A stretch of DNA of 64,000 nt from the human T2T-CHM13v2.0 reference genome, Homo sapiens. Where the stretch lies: the NCBI RefSeq assembly GCF_009914755.1, contig NC_060930.1; one strand, written 5' to 3'. Below, piece by piece: positions 60,661-64,000 of this stretch. The notes under the pieces were generated by a model that was not told the DNA's origin, did no database searches, and saw nothing but the letters and a program-made list of their open reading frames with translations. Made by a program: the position numbers and the translations under genes. Every line of letters starts with the position of its first letter. Positions within the stretch are counted from its first letter, which is position 1.

Positions 60661-63600
60661 CAGGATTTTATTTTTAATGTTTTGCGTAGATAAAGTATTA
60701 ACGTCCTTCTAAAACTCAGAACTATACAACAAGGTTTACTTAGAGGTCATGACCCCCACTCTGCCATTCATTATACTCTATTCCCATTCAACCATTTTTT
60801 CCATCCTGTTTCCACCACCTCTGTGTAGGTGATTTATTTTTGTTATTTCTAGCCTATCCTTCCTTTTTTTCACAAATGAGATGATTCATGTGTATTTTAT
60901 TATTTCTTACATGAAAGGTAGCAAGTAATATATGCCCTCTTGCACTTTGCCTTTTTTATTTATCAGGATGTCTTGAAAATCATTCCATATCAGTCCAGAG
61001 AGATCTTCCTCGTTCTTTATTACACCTGCAAAAGTACTCTATTGTATAGGTAGACCATAGTTTATTTAACATCTTTCCAATGTGAGACTTTTTAAAAAAA
61101 TATGGTGCAGTTACAAACAATACTACAATGAAAATTTTGTGCATGTGTATTAATGTTGGAAGTATATTTTCAGGGTAAGTAGTTAGAAATGGAAGGACTG
61201 GGTCAAGAGATCAACAAATATGTAGTTTTGTTGGGTGTTGTCAAATTCATCTCCAAAAGGGTTCTACCAGTTTCCATTTTCACCAGCAAAGTATGACTGT
61301 ACTTATTTTCCAAAGCCTCAGCGTATTCAAAAGAATATGTTGTCTGACTTTTAACGTTTTGCCATTGTGATAGAAGTATTATGTCAGTGTTATTTTAATT
61401 TGCTTAATTTGCTCTTTAAGTTTGAATTCCTTTTCATGTGTTCAGGGGTCATTTTCATATCTTTTTTTTGATGAATTGTCTGTTCTTTTTCTATGGAGTT
61501 TTTGGCCCTTTGTCAACTTTTAAAAGTTTCTTTACGTTAGTGGTATTACCTCTTTGTGGTGTATGTTTCCTGACTTTTGTTCCCCTTCTTTTTTTGTCAG
61601 TTTTCAGGTGGAAAGACCTTTATGTGTGTGTGTGTTTGTATGTTGTTAATGGGAATGATTTTTAGTTTTATTGTATTTTAATCAGAGAGTATAGTTTATT
61701 ATTTCTTCTTTATGGAATATACTTATTTCTTTGTGACTTACTATGTGATCAATTTTTGTTAATATTCTCTGGGCCCTTGAAAATAAAATGTATTTTTCAT
61801 TATGAAGGGAGTAAGTTTAATATGTGTGTATGTGTGTGTGTGTGTGTAAAATATACGTATACATATTTATGTATACACACATGATTTCATTTCCTAATTA
61901 TGTTTTTAGGTCTTTTATCTTATTAATTTTGCACATTTGATCTTATACTAAGAATGATGTATTAAAGTTTCCTATTATCATTAATATTAATGTGTTTCTA
62001 TGTGTGTCTTTTGCGTCCCCTATGGTTCTTTCTACACAGAGGTAATAATTGTCTTATTGATATATAGATATTCATAAGTGTTATACCTTCACTGTGATTT
62101 GAAACTTTTAGCATTAATACAAGATCTTCTTTGTCTTGCTCGGTGTTTTTTTGCTTGAATTCTACTTTTTCTGATTTTAAGAATGCTATGCTTGCTTTTT
62201 TATTGTATCCATTTGCCTGTTATATTCTGTCCATCCATTTGTTTTTAACATTGTTTTAGGTGTATCTTTTGTATAGTTGAGTCATGCTTTGTGGCCAGAT
62301 TTATTTTTTTAAGAGGTGAATTAAGCCTGTTCATATTTATTGATATTACTTTCACATTTATTGAGTTATTGATATATTCGATCTGAACTTTATCATAATA
62401 TATTGTGGTGTTATATATGTCATAACATGTTACATTTTATTTCTCTACAATATATGTTTTATTATGCTTTTGAATTGAAATTTTGGTTGCTCTTTAGAAA
62501 GGTTATATTTTTGTTTTAATGGTTGCTTTTATACTTAAAACTTTTAAAGTCCCTTATCCCTCATTTTTAACTTTGTTCTTAGTAAAAGTATTCTTTAACT
62601 ATTGCCTATGCAATAATCAGTATATTCTACTTTCCTCTTTGCTGCTTTCTTCCATTGTTTAGTTACGTTATTTCTACTTTGTCAGAACATATAACAATTG
62701 GATATTAGTCTTTCAATGTAATCCCCAGCTTTTAGTCTGAAATCTGTAATTTTTATGTATTAACATGTTCTCCATTTGTTTTGTGCTGAAATTTTCCTAG
62801 TTATTTATTACTTGAACAAGGCTCATGCTTTGGTAAATTCTTCAGAAAGAGCTCATTAATGTGACATTCCTATGCTCTTGTGTGTTTCACGTTTTTTCTG
62901 TAGACTTGGTGCTTTAAGGACAGCATTGATGGATATAAACTTCTTGACCCACATTTTTAAAAACTGAGTTGTTTGAAAATGTGGCTTCATTGTTGTCTTG
63001 TTTCCGTGTTGTTTTTGAAGAATCTGATGCCACTCTGATTGCTTTACTCCTCTACATTAGTTGATCTTTTTGCCTAGAGGCCTTGACGATTTTCCCCATT
63101 ATTTATGAAATCTGTTTTATAAGAATATGTCCTATATTTGATTTTTCCAGGTTCTTTTTCACAGGTACCCATTTTATCTGGTATTAGTTCTGCTCCATTG
63201 TTTTTTTTTCCCTCTTTAACGGACTCCAATTATATAAATGTAATTCCTTCTTTGCCTGTGTTCCATTTCTACCACTTTCTTTCTGATTCTTCTTTCTTTA
63301 TTTTACCATCCTCCTTCTGGTTGTTTTTCTCCTTTTCTTCAATGCCCCCTCATTAAATCTTGATTGATTCCATTGTCCCTTGCATGCTTTGGAATTTAGA
63401 TTTTGTTTCTGAGATGATTTTATTTCTTTTTTTTTTCTGAGTTAAATCAATTCTCTTTTCATTTTTTCTCTATTTTTGTTCTTAATTTTTGAGTTTCTGA
63501 CTAAAGCAATTTATATCCTTAAATGCTTGATTGAGCATATGTAACTTAGTTTTTAAGTATTAGTTTGTGTTTCTTTTTAGTGCTCCTTAGTTTTGGGGGG

Positions 63601-64000
63601 TGGGTGGGAGAAAAGTTGGATTTTCATTAGTTGAGCTCTTTTGAATTGACTTTCTGATTTTTGAGTAATAATTTTCTATATTTTTATTGAATTTATTTGT
63701 CGTTCCTTTTTGGTTGTGTAAAAGACTTCCTTAGTCTCTGGTGCCCTCTTCTGTTAGTGTAGCAATGCACACTTTAGTGGTTTATTTATTTATTTTTGGT
63801 GTGGGTTAGAGAATGGTTTTGTAAATCCTCTAATTTTTTAGCTGTGCTTTATCTTTCACAACCTTGAATTTTCTCATTTGCATCTTTTTTCTCTTCCTAC
63901 TCAATTGAAAAGGTTGTCTTTCGCTTTGTATTAACTCCTTTTTCTTTTATTGTAACTATGGTTTTGGGATCCTCTCACTTCAAATTGGGCATGCTTTTAC

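Larger units (their letters stand above)
58920..64000 (-). mobile_element. Degenerate antisense L1MC/ME fragments with a nested Alu
   Basis: T-rich strand with L1 motifs (CCAGCCCTGGAATCAGTCATTTCT; TTGCTGGATATAA-like; GAAGAATCTGATGCC). Confidence 0.7.

Overview
Human (primate) genomic DNA from inside the FARS2 gene (mitochondrial phenylalanyl-tRNA synthetase; chr6p25 from memory), sense on the + strand. The only real coding feature is the 633-nt first coding exon (exon 2, 29753-30385; CDS 29774-30385 = residues 1-204). The rest is intron 1 and intron 2: about 22 Alu copies or fragments, old L1M/L2/MIR fragments, DNA-transposon relics (MER30, MER5A, MER82, MER58A, Tigger2, Tigger3, a hAT element), two LTRs and microsatellites. 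I found no new gene system. The most unusual signals are mutational fossils in intron 2: (i) several 26-53 nt segments duplicated 0.5-2.5 kb away, two of them sitting as insertions inside recognisable repeats, which suggests templated insertion or template switching; (ii) a tailless 5' fragment of U6 snRNA with a perfect 14-bp TSD inside a Tigger3 element; (iii) a fold-back templated mutation in an AluY. Exon 2 also carries a 215-codon antisense ORF in exact codon register and has circRNA-compatible architecture. Repeat subfamily names come from memory of consensus sequences and should be confirmed with RepeatMasker/Dfam.
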